From: Octopus sinensis
Taxonomy: Eukaryota
Assembly (NCBI RefSeq): GCF_006345805.1
Contig: NC_043008.1
Coordinates: 8,184,001 to 8,248,000 of the forward strand
Direction of reading: 5' to 3'
Length of the DNA stretch: 64,000 bases
Made by a program: the position numbers and the translations under genes. Below are positions 1 to 15,022 of this stretch, piece after piece; the first letter of the stretch is position 1; every line of letters begins with the position of its first letter. The notes below the pieces were generated by a model. It made no database searches and was not told the DNA's origin. It was given only the letters and a program-made list of their open reading frames with translations.

Positions 1-918
1 TATACAGGTTTGTAAAAGTTACTACCTACTAATAACATTCTTCTCATTAAAATCAAACGATTCATTACTTTGGCCATCACATTCTTTTTGATTATCGTTC
101 TGTCAGTATTGGCGCATTTATCACCACAGGCTGCAATCGTAACGCACAGATGCTGGAACGAGATTAAATCTGTATCTCTACAGCTCTATCTTTAAACATA
201 TTACCAAATATTGACTTAATGATTGTATTCCACAGCCATGCTCATCTTAATGTTTTAGATGCTAGTATGTTATTTTCGACGACGGCCACTGAATGTATGC
301 ATATTTAAATGGCATAAGACCTATACATGAAGTAAGAATGAAAGCAATGCTCACCAAGTATGTATTTTGAGAATACACATCTCATAGTTGCTTATTATGT
401 CTAATCTGGAATGATAAACATCATAGTTAACCCATCAAAAATTTATATTAAAAAAAAAAAAAAGAATAACAACCGGAATTATACATATAATTACCGAGGC
501 CCAAATGATGAAAACTCTAGATACGAAATTAATTATGACATGGTTTTCATATTTTTCATAAAGAAAAATTGAAAAAACTATCTCACACAATTCATAACAT
601 AAAAATTAATATAAATTATATATATATCTGAGGAGATTTGAAGAAATACGTATCGTTATATTGAGTAATTTGAATGATCTGCAGTTGTTTGAAATGTGTG
701 TGTGTGTGTGTGTGTTTGGTGTGTGTATGTGTGCATGCACGTGCGTGCGTGCGTGTTTCTATTACGTGGTTTCTTGGACAATATGGTTTGTTCTTCCAGG
801 AAAATGGCATTGAAAGTTATTTAGAATACTGTGAGTGCCTTTCCGAGTGTAATTTTCCCAATTCTAAGATTTTCGTTCACATTATTTGCATATATAAGAT
901 AGGTAAATACATGTAGAT

Positions 919-963
<45 letters not shown>

Positions 964-1374
964 ACACCAAACTATATAGCAGTGACTAATTTAAACCAGG
1001 CATTTTGCTTGCAGGTAAAATAGACTGTAAATATCGATATGTTATACTTGCTAATGTTAGCAATAAGCTACTTTCTGTGTTCCTGTATGTCAGAACGAGA
1101 TCATCCACTCTCTCGAAGTCTTACTGCAAATATCTAAATTGCAAATTAGATTACCTCTATCTTCGGTTGCATGCAAAACAAAAAGCAAAAAATTACTGAG
1201 CGTCGGCACATTACGTTAATGTAACTTGAATTCTACATTTCAGTGCATCTAGTGATCGGTCGCAGAGCTTCATATACAAATTGACCGTACTGAAAACTTG
1301 TACAAGGGATGGAATGCTATGTATCCCATGACATATGGGAATCCTTGTAAATCTATATTGAAAATCATTTGTTG

Positions 1375-1525
1375 TGGCAGTGTGGTAAGTAGCTTGCTTG
1401 CCAACCACATGGTTCCGGGTTCAGACGCACAGCGTGACACCTTGGGCAATTCTCTTCTACTATAGCCTCGGGCCGACCAAAGCGTTGTGAGTGGATTTGG
1501 TAGATGGAAACTGATAAAGCCCGTC

Positions 1526-1526
<1 letters not shown>
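1375..1526 (+). mobile_element. tRNA-derived SINE family A, 5' half only (cut at its internal (TA)n)
   Basis: GGCAGTGTGGTAAG...GGTTCCGGGTTCAG tRNA A/B-box-like head and CACCTTGGGCAA core, matching the complete copy at 2863-3305. Confidence 0.85.
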
Positions 1527-1592
<66 letters not shown>

Positions 1593-1792
1593 GTGTGTGT
1601 ATGTGTGCATGCACGTGCGTGCGTGCGTGTTTCTATTACGTGGTTTCTTGGACAATATGGTTTGTTCTTCCAGGAAAATGGCATTGAAAGTTATTTAGAA
1701 TACTGTGAGTGCCTTTCCGAGTGTAATTTTCCCAATTCTAAGATTTTCGTTCACATTATTTGCATATATAAGATAGGTAAATACATGTAGAT

Positions 1793-1837
<45 letters not shown>

Positions 1838-2248
1838 ACACCAAACTATATAGCAGTGACTAATTTAAACCAGGCATTTTGCTTGCAGGTAAAATAGACT
1901 GTAAATATCGATATGTTATACTTGCTAATGTTAGCAATAAGCTACTTTCTGTGTTCCTGTATGTCAGAACGAGATCATCCACTCTCTCGAAGTCTTACTG
2001 CAAATATCTAAATTGCAAATTAGATTACCTCTATCTTCGGTTGCATGCAAAACAAAAAGCAAAAAATTACTGAGCGTCGGCACATTACGTTAATGTAACT
2101 TGAATTCTACATTTCAGTGCATCTAGTGATCGGTCGCAGAGCTTCATATACAAATTGACCGTACTGAAAACTTGTACAAGGGATGGAATGCTATGTATCC
2201 CATGACATATGGGAATCCTTGTAAATCTATATTGAAAATCATTTGTTG

Positions 2249-2400
2249 TGGCAGTGTGGTAAGTAGCTTGCTTGCCAACCACATGGTTCCGGGTTCAGAC
2301 GCACAGCGTGACACCTTGGGCAATTCTCTTCTACTATAGCCTCGGGCCGACCAAAGCGTTGTGAGTGGATTTGGTAGATGGAAACTGATAAAGCCCGTCG
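2249..2400 (+). mobile_element. SINE family A, 5' half (duplicated copy)
   Basis: Identical to 1375-1526 within the tandem repeat. Confidence 0.85.
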
Positions 2401-2862
2401 TATATATATATATATTATATATATATATATATAATATATATATATATGTATATAACACCAAACTATATAGCAGTGACTAATTTAAACCAGGCATTTTGCT
2501 TGCAGGTAAAATAGACTGTAAATATCGATATGTTATACTTGCTAATGTTAGCAATAAGCTACTTTCTGTGTTCCTGTATGTCAGAACGAGATCATCCACT
2601 CTCTCGAAGTCTTACTGCAATATCTAAATTGCAAATTAGATTACCTCTATCTTCGGTTGCATGCAAAACAAAAAGCAAAAAATTACTGAGCGTCGGCACA
2701 TTACGTTAATGTAACTTGAATTCTACATTTCAGTGCATCTAGTGATCGGTCGCAGAGCTTCATATACAAATTGACCGTACTGAAAACTTGTACAAGGGAT
2801 GGAATGCTATGTATCCATGACATATGGGAATCCTTGTAATCTATATTGAAAATCATTTGTTG

Positions 2863-3014
2863 TGGCAGTGTGGTAAGTAGCTTGCTTGCCAACCACATGG
2901 TTCCGGGTTCAGACGCACTGCGTGACACCTTGGGCAATTCTCTTCTACTATAACCTCGGGCCGACCAAAGCGTTGTGAGTGGATTTGGTAGATGGAAACT
3001 GATAAAGCCCGTCG

Positions 3015-3068
<54 letters not shown>

Positions 3069-3305
3069 TGTATGTGTGCGTGTATGTATGTGTGTCTGTG
3101 TTTGTCCCTCTACCATCGCTTCACAACCGATGGTGGTGTGCTGACGTCGCCGTAAGTTAGCGGTTCGGCTAAATAGACCGGTAGAATAAGTACTAGGCTT
3201 CCAATGAATAAGTTCTGGGGTCGATTTTCTCGACTAAAGGCGGTGCCCCAGCATGGCCGCAGTTAAATGACTGAAGCAAGTATGAGATAAAAAAGAATAA
3301 AAGAG
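2863..3305 (+). mobile_element. SINE family A, full length, with internal (TA)n(TG)n
   Basis: tRNA-like head, core, internal microsatellite, and 3' tail AAAGGCGGTGC..CAGCATGGCCGCAGT..ATGACTGAA; homologous to the minus-strand copy at 32710-33117. Confidence 0.9.
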
Positions 3306-3430
3306 AACACAATCTCAAACTTACAGAGACATGTAGGTCCTTATATGCATATATATATGTGACCACGTGTGTACCGTTGGCGATTTTTTTTCCTATCTCT
3401 TCCCTTCTCTGGATCTTTCCTTCTCTTATC

Positions 3431-3463
3431 TTTCCGACGAAGAGCTCAGCTCGAAACGTTAAA
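3431..3463 (+). ncRNA. Minimal type I hammerhead-like motif (variant core CCGACGA) inside a short PLE-like remnant (about 3358-3570)
   Basis: TTT-CCGACGA-A-GAGC-TCA-GCTC-GAA-ACGT-T-AAA: 4-bp stem II, palindromic ACGT, 3-bp stem I; U4 replaced by C. Confidence 0.45.
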
Positions 3464-3619
3464 CCCTCCTTTTTTCCTTCTTTCTTGAGCGTCCAATAAT
3501 ACTATATTTGTTCCACGGCCTCGCGTTGTGTGTTTTTTTGTGCTTTCTTGTTTGGATTAACTAACTATATATTTATATATTTATATATACATATATATTT
3601 ATACATACACACATACACA

Positions 3620-3644
3620 TATAGATAGATATATAGATAAATAA

Positions 3645-3720
<76 letters not shown>

Positions 3721-3725
3721 GTAGG

Positions 3726-3789
<64 letters not shown>

Positions 3790-3790
3790 G
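3620..3790. repeat. (GATA)n microsatellite
   Basis: Direct reading. Confidence 0.98.
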
Positions 3791-5569
3791 ATAGAGCGAT
3801 ATGCCTGTATGTCTCTGTGTATGTGTATGTGTATGTGTGTCTGTGTGCGTGTGCGGATTTTCTGTGTAGTGTTTTCTCTGTTGTATATGAATGATCAAAT
3901 GTGTTAATACAATTCAATTATAAATGTTTAAGGAATTTCATATCGTCTCTAAAAAAAAGTTGTGTTTACTTGAGTTTCTTTCTGTACCAACTTTTGTCTT
4001 TCCCAGATAAATAAAGAAAAGCAACATTGCCATTACTGCATAGGAAAAAGAAAATGTATCTCCAATAAATGCAAGGAAACAGAAGCATCTACAGAATATT
4101 TAAACTTAAAATGTCTTAACTCCGTAGTTTGAGAACTACTTCAGAAGTTTTCAACAACGTCTTTCAATTCCTAGAAGCTACGTAAAATTATGGATAGTGA
4201 ATGACAGCCCGTCTAGAGGTGAGGATTCAGGGAGGGGAGGGAAGAGGCTGAAGTACATCTAATATAATCCCTCCCGGTTAATAATTGAAGTTGAAGACAA
4301 ATTGTGTAACATGCTTATTTGAAATAAATGGATTCCATGAGAAGTCGTTAGATAATCGATATATCACGATATATAAACTATTCTCCTTTGTATTGTAATA
4401 AAAACAATCTAAACCCCTGAAACTCTAACTTCTAACTCTTGAACGGAACTCGCTGAGTGAGAAGTTCTTAACCGAACGAAATTGAAAGTCGAAATACTAA
4501 ACAGCTTGGGATTCTAATGCACTGGTGCGTTGTCCAGAGAACTCCACATTGTACTTCAATTTAAAATTCTCTTCATTGTGGTTAAGAGGAAAATGGACGA
4601 AGAATTGCAATCATAATATCTTCCTGTCTGAATACAGTTATGAAAGAATGTACATTAATATGTATCTTAAACTGTTCACCAAAAACTCGTAAAGATTCAC
4701 TAGACAAGTCGGAATCTTGCATAATCGAAATATAGTTGCTTAAATTGTCAGATACGAGTTAAATATCGAGGCGTTCAATAGAAATGTCACTCAAATATCT
4801 ATCTTATTGCCATATCGTATAATAGATTTTCGTCAACGATAAATAGAAAACTATATATTTGTATATCAAATTAAACGGACTTCACGAAACCGTTCCACGT
4901 CTACTAAAACAGTTATTGACGAACAGATAATTGTAAGGCACATTCGTGTTTGTTTTTGTGCCTTCTTTTTTGTGACTTCTTTTTTGATACCGAAATTACC
5001 AATTAAACACAATCCGTGTACTATATTAAAAGAACAGCAGGAACCCTATATTCTAGTATCTCTTGATTAAAGACTGGCATTTGTTTACCATCGAAATTCT
5101 TAACTGTTGCATTCACAGTGTTGAAGCTGCAATCATTCTAACTAAACGTTAGACAATTCTCACTTTATTTCCCAAATGCCAGCTTGCGTTCCTAGAACAC
5201 ATTAAAATTGGACTTCTGGTATTATTATATCTTTGTAATCCTTATACTATTAAATATACTGACAAGAATTTATGAGGAGAGAAATTTCATATTTATTCGC
5301 CTTAGATTTTTCTGAGTGTGGAATACATTTAGAACATGAGGCTTCAACCGCAGCTGTTCGGGTATTTGGAATGGCCAAACAGCCACTACGCGAAGGAAAC
5401 CGATGTAGAATCTATTGATTTTACATTTACCAGGCTGACGTTTTCGTAGCGGAAAAGCACTGGTGCACGAGTCATACAGCAAATATTTAAAGCACATATA
5501 TTTATCTCTCTTACTCTTTCACCCTCTAGAACACTCTCTCTCACCCTGTGTCTATTTCTCTCTCTTTAT

Positions 5570-5641
5570 ATATATATGTGTGTGCGAGTGCGTATGCGTG
5601 CGTGTGTATCGCGTATGTGTATGTTTGTGCGTGTGCATGTA

Positions 5642-5689
<48 letters not shown>

Positions 5690-5816
5690 TATATGTGCGC
5701 GTGTATGTGTCAGTATGTATATGTATATATGTACATATATGTATATATATATATATATGTAATAGGTATATATACATATATGTCTATATCTATCTATCTA
5801 TATATATGTATGCATG

Positions 5817-5859
<43 letters not shown>

Positions 5860-6435
5860 ATTTGTGTGTGTGCTTGTGCGTGTGTGCATATTTAATCGTT
5901 ATGAGACCTTGTATGTGTATCTTTACTACAGATATTATTTGTGCGAAAAAGTATCCGAATGGCGCACACACGTTCTAGTAAGTATTTGGCAACGGGATTT
6001 TAATAACTATTGGCTCCAGCCTGTCCTCATATATGGCACGAACGCCAAAAGATGATCTATATTGAAAGAACAAAAAAAAAAAAGCAACAACAGTTAAGAC
6101 AACGAGTTATCGGTGAACAGCTACAAGTTCAGCCGAACGTCGAGCAACCAAGTAATCATCATTGATTAAGAAAAATTAGGGAAGGAAAAATATAAATCTC
6201 GTATTATACTGAATGTTGTTCTTCTGCCAATAACCGATTCCCTTTTTGTCTTCCTTCTTTTATGCTGCTCTCTGCATGAAATTGCCTTTTCTATCATAAT
6301 TTTAAAGAAATATTGTTCCCACCTCACAAAATATTCTATGATTACATCTAACGTTCTAGCCAGGCCTATATAGATACTAGACATATATATATATATATGT
6401 ATGTATATATATGTATATATATTATATATATATAT

Positions 6436-6502
<67 letters not shown>

Positions 6503-6607
6503 CATAGATAGATAGATAGAAAGTTTCTAGACATATATATATATATTATATATATATATATATAGATGCTTTAATGTACACGCGCATACACATACAGGCA
6601 CATACAT

Positions 6608-6644
<37 letters not shown>

Positions 6645-6665
6645 CATACACACACATGCACATAC

Positions 6666-6707
<42 letters not shown>

Positions 6708-7686
6708 ATAGATTTACATTTAAGCAAGTGCGTATTCAGATATAAGTACATGTATATATATGCATCAATATGTGTCAATATTTTATATGATTTATACGTA
6801 CATACACGCACATACACAGTTAGATATAGGTAGCTGGAGATACATGTATAGATGTATAAATGAATATTTGTATGCATTTGTATATGTATGTACGTAGATT
6901 TGCTAAAGACAAGAAGATCCTTCAGGCAATTTTGTTATGAAATATCAGATGCAAGATAACAATAATTATATTTGACAACATTCGTTTCCCTGTGGGCCTT
7001 AGGAAAAACGATATTGGTCAAGGAATAATTCAGGTTTCGTCTTTACATTTCATAGAATCTCATTCTCTGCAGGCCAATTCTCTTTCAGAAGCAAATATTT
7101 TGTTATATTCTCCTAATTCTTGACAGCACGTACCAAGTAATAAACTTGATCAGATTTCTTTTTTTTAATTTTCTTTTCCTTTGAAATCTGCGATCAATTT
7201 CAGGTTACCAATAGAAATATTTTCATGTCACTTTCAATAGAAACTATTAAGTCGGAATTTAAGTAACCCATACTCTTCTCCACATAAATATGCTTATGAT
7301 ATAAAATGTGTAGGTGTGCGTAACTGTGTGGACGTGTGCTTCATTCATTCGGATACATAAATATACCCGTGCAAATATTTATACATACCTACGTACGTAG
7401 TTTCTGTAATCAACCACTGAATACCTCAAATAAACAACACATAACGTAGCATAATTTACCGAGAGAATAAAAGATATATATAAAGTTGACGCTATAATTT
7501 ATACGCACACTCACATACATATATATATACTTAGATACGTACGAGTATACATGCATATGCATGCTCACACACACACACATGTTTATATGTTTACACATAT
7601 GTACGTGTGTGCATGTGAGAGCGTGTATACATATATACATACATATATATATATGTCTATATATATATATATTATATATATATATG

Positions 7687-7750
<64 letters not shown>

Positions 7751-7829
7751 CGTATATATATATATATAATATATATATATATTATATATATATATATATA
7801 CATACATATTTATATATGTATATATATAT

Positions 7830-7863
<34 letters not shown>

Positions 7864-7875
7864 ATATATATGTGT
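5570..7875. repeat. Cluster of (TA)n, (TG)n, (GATA)n and (TACA)n microsatellites (about 5570-5890, 6380-6710, 7510-7875)
   Basis: Direct reading; source of the YI/CV/YLSI ORFs. Confidence 0.95.
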
Positions 7876-9275
7876 AGCTGAGCATGTGTATATCATTGGG
7901 TGTGTATGTATGTACCTCTGCGTGTATGTATTTATTATGTGTGTGTTTCTGTGTTTGAGTGAAATAAACAGAGAGAAACTACATTTAGATAATACGAATA
8001 AAAGCTGGAGAGTATTGCATAATATAATAGAAGAAAAATATCTGTAAATTCACATGAAGTTATTCATTGATAACACGTATATTTCACTGGTCGGTTGATA
8101 AAATGAACCGTTTGAAGCAGAGTCGAGATAAACATCATAAAATTTGAAGGTAGAATTATTCATCACACTTATTTGGAGAGACATAAACATTCGGGTCACA
8201 ACGTCTTGCCGTGGAATCTGCGAAGATATTTTAATTACCACATAAATTTATTTCGTCACTCAATCCATGGAGTGAAGTGTAGCATATTTCAAATACATTT
8301 TCGTTTAATCGCCTATTTCAATAATTTTCCGTGTAACCTTGAATTGAATTTTATAACATTTGAATTTTCAGTCATGTAGTAAACTTACTTCATTCGTCTA
8401 TGCTTTTGATACATTTATTAGGGTACTAAACATATTTTTTCTTTATAAATGTTGTAGAAATATATTTTAGCTGACCAGTTCAAGACATTAGAAATAGGCC
8501 GCGTTTTATGATGAATTTCTATGCTGGCTAGTAACAGAAAATTATCTCTTGCTGCACAGCTCCCTGGACACTCAATCTAGTTTTCCCTTTAACAGTAGTA
8601 CGGGTGGAATGTGAATCTTTTTGGGTGTGTAGGACTGTTGGTGCACAAAACCAAAGTTACCTTTCTTTCGAACATCTGTTGATAATTATGTTCCGCTGCA
8701 GCACTTGACCGCTGTAACAATACAGAATTATGTTTGGTAAAATAACACCTGGTTTTAAATAAACACAACAATGTGAATAGCCCGTTACTCTTAGGGTTAT
8801 GAAATGAGCGGCAATTATTATTAGGTAATAAATTATTATAAATATATAAATTATTGGGTATTTTGTGTCGATACAGTGAATAAGGTGTCGTATTCATGTA
8901 CGCGTAGTATAAGAATATATAAATGGCTGTTTAAATCAGGCAAATAATTTATCTGCTTTTTAACTCAGCAGCTATAGTAAGTTTTCAGTATAGCTACACA
9001 TACAATCATACAATAGTTATTATGTATTGATATATTCAGAGAACTTTAACGTGTGTGTGAGGGGGTATGATTCCTTTCTCAACCCCTTAATATTTCAGTA
9101 AACCACATTAACATAGTTTATATTTGTCGTTTCCTTGACCGCTGAACACAATAATCCCAGTATATATGTGTGTGTTTCTGTGCGCATGTGTGTATGCATG
9201 TAAGTGTGTGTTCCGCTGCAGTACTGTGTTTGTGTATGCGCGTGTGTGTGTGAGTGTGTGTGTGTGTGCGTGTGT

Positions 9276-9316
<41 letters not shown>

Positions 9317-10804
9317 CCCCTGTGCGTATATGCGTAGGGCATCACAATAATTGCAATCGACTATATATCGGGTGATAAAGCTCACAAAACTGTTTATTAC
9401 CTAAATATGACAGACGAAATTCTTGATGAATAATTTAAGCTATACGTAACAAAGCAAGTGTAAAAGAAATCAGTTAAATAAAGAAATAATATATGAACGG
9501 ATGTAATTTCAAATTCCGTTTTTATGCTTAACTGATGCGGAGGTATACAATTTTGAACATATCGAATTCACAGAAGGTAAAAGTGAATAAACATTGTAGG
9601 CAACCTGAGACAGGTCTCTAGAGAAACATCAATTAATTATACCTATTGTACGACATTTACCTACAATAAGCAATTTTCTGACCATATCATATACTCCATA
9701 TACGAGAAGGGATATGACGCAGAGATGGATGCATTTATCCTGAACAGAGAAAAGCTCTGCTGACAAGATGGAAGCATGTAAAGCAAACATTCGATGGTTT
9801 GTTGACAGATATATTCTATTGAAATAACTACTTCAACCTCAGTGGTTTGTCTTTATATCAATTTTCTATACATTAGATACATGTTTCCCACAATAGGTAA
9901 CTGAACATGTTGTAATATCTCAAATGATAACGTAACTAAATAATGATTTATTTGTAATTCCGTTCTAAGAATATGTAATATACAGCCAAACCTAACACCA
10001 GATTTCTCCGAAGAAATGTTACCTTTTGCAATGCAGAGAAGAGAATAGAAATGAAAAATCTTTCGAACATAAAAGTCTAATTGCGTGATGACCAATACAA
10101 GAGAATTTATCGGAACAAGGATACATACCAATTGTAAGAATGCAAAGCGATTAGCTCTTTGGCACAACAAAGTCTTGCATGCGTGAATCCCAAATACTAT
10201 TGTGCAGAAAATGCATTTCATCTCAAATATCCTCAAACGCTACCTTGATAAATAATTCTAAAATGCATATTTTCATTAAAGTGAAAAACGGTGAAAAAGA
10301 AAGATTTTTATGATATCATTTTCAGATTAAATATAAATAAACGTACACTGATATGGCTAGCCATGGTCAAATAAAAATGAAATTATGTGTTGTCTGCAAT
10401 AAAATAATAATAATTTATTTGAAATATTTTTAAGTATCTATGTTCAAACGAATTGAATATGTTGAGCAATAAACGAATTTATTGTAGTGAACAGTAAACA
10501 AATTTCATTCGTAATGTTTCGAATATATGAACTATGATTTGCAGAAATAAGTCTCACTTCTGATCAAAATATCAATAGAAACATCTACCATTGTTTTAAA
10601 AACGACGGTTATCGCATTAGAAATATGTCCGCAATGATCCGTGTCGAGATTAAAAAGGCACCAAATATTTCATTTTGTAATATTCACCAAACCTTCAATG
10701 AATTATGCTTTTCTAGCTCCTGGGAAAATGGTGAGGTGTAATTCTAAAAGCAGTCAATGAGTTATATACACATTATATATAAATCAATTATATTCACAGA
10801 TAGA

Positions 10805-11035
10805 GGCGACGAGCTGGCAGAAACGTTAGCACGCCGGGCGAAATGCGTAGCCATATTTCGTCTGCGGTTACGTTCTGGGTTCAAATTCCACCGAGGTCAA
10901 CTTTGCCTGTCATCATTTCGTGGTCGATAAATTAAGTACCAGTGCGTAACTGGGGTCGATGTAATTGATTTAATCCATGTGTGTGTCCTTGCTTGTCCCC
11001 TCTGTGTTTAGCCCCTTGTGGGTAGTCAAGAAATA
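10805..11035 (+). mobile_element. tRNA-derived SINE family B with 16-bp target-site duplication
   Basis: GGCGACGAGCTGGCAGAAACGTTAG...GGGTTCAAATTCC head; TSD TATATTCACAGATAGA at 10789-10804 and 11036-11051. Confidence 0.92.
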
Positions 11036-11072
11036 TATATTCACAGATAGAAATATATTGTATACTGTATAG

Positions 11073-11291
11073 CAGTGATTTTCAACCAGGGTTCCGCGGA
11101 ACCTTAGGGTTCCGCCAGTACAGTCCAGGGGTTCCGCAAGAAGTTACAAAACTGCTAAAATCGGGAGAAATTTTTAATTATCCTGTGCAAATATGTGTGC
11201 ATAAGACTATTAAATTATTGCACAGGGGTTCCTCGAGCCAGTGGCATGTTTCCTTGGGGTTCCACTCCAGCAAAAAGTTTGAAAAGCACTG
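11073..11291. mobile_element. hAT (Charlie-like) MITE, 219 bp
   Basis: TIRs CAGTGATTTTCAACC / GTTTGAAAAGCACTG (2 mismatches); perfect 8-bp TSD CTGTATAG at 11065-11072 and 11292-11299. Confidence 0.92.
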
Positions 11292-11891
11292 CTGTATAGT
11301 ATAGTAAAGAAAAGCATGTTTTAGGGCAGGACATATCCATGCCTTGTTTCGCTATTATCATTTATGTTCATAAATTTGGTAACACGAGCAATGAATGGAA
11401 TGATTTGTTACACATATATTTTGATAAAACATTTTCACAGCGTACAGCATTATTTCTCGAGATCTCGTTTCCGTAGGAGAAATTATTTTCACGTATCAGA
11501 ACAAAATGCGTTTAATGCCACCAAATTGGCCAACTCTAGCTTTAAAAGTGCTTCTCTCTGTTTCAAGCATATCTTTGAAGTCTTTCGTGTCTGGAGAAAT
11601 GCTTTAAACTAGCCTTAGAGAGCATAAAAATATGTATCTAACTCGCATGCTGCCCTTGGCTGTATTCCTGTACTATAAATAAGTAAAATAAATGCGTAAA
11701 ACATGTCGGAATTGGAAAAGAAAGTGGCAGTAACATTATCCTCAACAAAAAAACGCGTTATCTGAGATATAACATTGATAAAATAGAAATACTCTGTAAC
11801 ATTTGTATACTTTCCAGAAAATTTCAGTGATTCAGAATACAAAACGTGTTGCTCTCGATTTCTAACTATATATATATAAGTTTATGAAAGA

Positions 11892-11923
<32 letters not shown>

Positions 11924-12119
11924 GTGTATGTATGTATGTATGTATGTATGTATGTATGTATGTATGTATGCATGTATGTATGTATATATATGTATATATA
12001 TATATATGTGTGTGTTTGTGTGTGTCTGTGTGTGTAACGTTTCCTTTATGCAAAATATCATACGAGGAATAAAAGTGATGTAATGCTGACTGTCGCTTAA
12101 GTATCAATTTCTATAAATT

Positions 12120-12465
12120 CCAGAGACCTGTCATGAACGTTACGGAAACAGAAGACTACGACTCTCCATGAATTGCAAAAAGACGCCTGTCGAGGCAAAC
12201 ATTGCACAACAAGCTGCGGGAATCGGGGCCGCAGTCTTAGAAAGTGTGAATTATTTTCCTTACGTGGGAAGCCGTCAACTTCCGATACTGATGTGGACGA
12301 GGAACTCCGGTATTTACATCGAAAGCGCCGGTGCTGCCTTTGGCCGTCTTCGAACGAGAGTGTGCCAGGATCTAGACATTCGAAATGACACATAAATGGT
12401 GTTACGCTATGCAGTGATCATCATCAGGTTTCTGTGCGAATCTGATACCCGAACTATTTACGGAA
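12120..12465 (+). pseudogene. Decayed RTE-clade LINE reverse-transcriptase C-terminal fragment
   Basis: Translation VLESVNYFPYVGS...IESAGAAFGRLRTRVCQDLDIRNDT resembles the RTE motif LExVxxFxYLGS...RIxKASAAFGRL..RVW. Confidence 0.7.
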
Positions 12466-13871
12466 CACATATATACACCAGAAATAGTGGGTATATAAAT
12501 ATATATAAATTACATATATATGCATGTATGTGTATACATATATATAGTGACAAATATATATGCATGTATGTATATGTGTATGTATATATACATATATATA
12601 CATACATATATACATACATATCGAAAAGATGTATTATAATACTATTCCACAGACATAACAGCGATTCAACATACATCTATCGTCAGCTGCCTCACGGATA
12701 TCATTATGGTTTCGACACTTCAGCAGTACTATTCAATCCGGCGGTGTCAACAGCACTAAAATAAGTATCGTTTGGGACAAAACAAATCAAAGAAGACACA
12801 ACCTTCAAACACATTTACCCTATGTACGACAGTATCGATAAATAATTTCAATAAGTCAATTACAACCACTCCTAATTACGTAGCTATACGGCGATAACTC
12901 TATTAAGTCATACACAATTTATAATACCTGCTGCCTTCCGTATTGTAATATAAAATTAAAAAAAACTTAATTACCACATTATTTCAATGAATCAATATAT
13001 AGGCAGGATTAAACGCTAACTTTACTAAAGCTACATCGAGAGACGTATAGACCAGTGTACAGTGTATCGGTATTAATAGTAAACTGCCATAACAAAATTA
13101 TATGCTGAATTGCGATCAATTCCATATAAATAATAATCTCAACGGTCTTCCATAGATCTACTATAATGAAAGTTTAAGCCTTATGAAACTTTTCCAAAAC
13201 AAAACAAGATTAAAATTAATTTACCCAATATTTTTATGAGTGAAATAAATTATTGCATCATTCAAAATTTAATGATAAAACACTACATACACATTAATAT
13301 ATCACCACAAGTTATAATATTAAATTACCTGTGAGTAATATAAAATTAAATTTCATTAAACAGAAAGTAATAAATGTACTTGTAATTAACTATTATTATA
13401 AACCTTGCTATGTTTAAAGGTAATTACACTGTTTGAAATATAATAAAAGCATTAACAGATGTTTAATGAAACGCACGGTTCCCTCACCAAGAATTTAAAT
13501 GACTAATTAAATATTGATAAGGTAGAGCATAATTACTACTTCCTTAATTGCATCATTATTGGTGACGTAGTAAGCAAATAACTCGAATCGTAAACCTTCA
13601 AATCCTTGCAAATATTTGCAAAGCCGAAGACTACATATTACCCATCGTTTTTTATTTATAAATTTCAAGTTTCCCAACAAAACAGCGATTAAAAGTTTTA
13701 ACCAACTAACCATATTCATACCTTTGTTTTAGTAAATGGCGTAATAATAAAACTAGCTCTTTCTTTCGTTTTTCTTTTACTTATATTATTATATCCCTTG
13801 TACAACAATTAGACAAGAAATCTTTACCATTCTCTCTCTCTCTCACTATATATATATATATATATATATAT

Positions 13872-14412
13872 AAATGCAGAATATTGACAAAAAAGCATAA
13901 ATGAACGGATATGTATAACAAAAAATAGCGTGAGAATAGTAAAAAGTGTTTCCTCCCAATCTTAGCAAATAATTGAATCGTTTCCGAATCGATAAAATAC
14001 TGAATGAAATACGATAACCATGCAGAAAATTTCTTGTCTGTTTCGGCAGTTAACGTAAATATTTTGCAAGCTGGAGTTATCAGCATATGTCTTGGGGTGT
14101 TTTGGTATTTTTCAATCTTTCTTTTTACCATTGCTTTGAGCTATTTTCATGCAGAGCACCGAATTTTTCCTCCTTTCTCTAGGGTCAACCTACCTTAATA
14201 ATAGTATTAATGTATCCTTTTCTTTTCGTGACGTAACATATAGATGGGCACACACTAAGTAGTTAATGGGTGGTATCATTTGGCATTATGTGTACTATTC
14301 CTTTCAAGCGATAGAAGCGTTTTGTTTGACCGCACGCCAGAAATTTTTGTTGTGGATTGTGTACAACATACTTTAATCTCAAGACACACATACACAGGCA
14401 CAGACCCACCCA

Positions 14413-14484
<72 letters not shown>

Positions 14485-15019
14485 GCAGAATATTGACAAA
14501 AAAGCATAAATGAACGGATATGTATAACAAAAAATAGCGTGAGAATAGTAAAAATGTTTCCTCCCAATCTTAGCAAATAATTGAATCGTTTCCGAATCGA
14601 TAAAATACTGAATGAAATACGATAACCATACAGAAAATTTCTTGTCTGTTTCGGCAGTTAACGTAAATATTTTGCAAGCTGGAGTTATCAGCATATGTCT
14701 TGAGGTGTTTTGGTATTTTTCAATCTTTCTATTTACCATTGCTTTGAGCTATTTTCATGCGGAGCACCGACTTTTTCCTCCTTTCTCTAGGGTCAACCTA
14801 CCTTAATAATAGTATTAATGTATCCTTTTCTTTTCGTGACGTAACATATAGATGGGCACACACTAAGTAGTTAATGGGTGGTATCATTTGGCATTATGTG
14901 TACTATTCCTTTCAAGCGATAGAAGCGTTTTGTTTGACCGCACGCCAGAAATTTTTGTTGTGGATTGTGTACAACATACTTTAATCTCAAGACACACATA
15001 CACAGGCACAGACCCACCC

Positions 15020-15022
<3 letters not shown>
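13872..15022. repeat. Tandem duplication, period 608 bp (about 544 bp unique plus (TA)n)
   Basis: 13872-14415 versus 14480-15022; about 7 differences; ORFs at 14004 and 14612 are offset by 608. Confidence 0.95.

Larger units (their letters stand above)
695..3014. repeat. Tandem segmental repeat: two 874-bp copies plus a third, 5'-shortened copy (offset about 616), with boundaries in (TA)n/(TG)n tracts
   Basis: Identical ORF translations at 1005/1879 and 1211/2085 (offset 874). The third copy starts near 2447 and has three 1-nt homopolymer deletions and two substitutions. Confidence 0.95.

Noticed and set aside
10129-10196. Possible 68-nt minus-strand exon (AG...GTATGT; YLGFTHARLCCAKELIALHSYN, faintly SH3-like) within ORF 9853-10236
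   Set aside because: No recognisable family and no partner exons; splice signals of this quality occur by chance.
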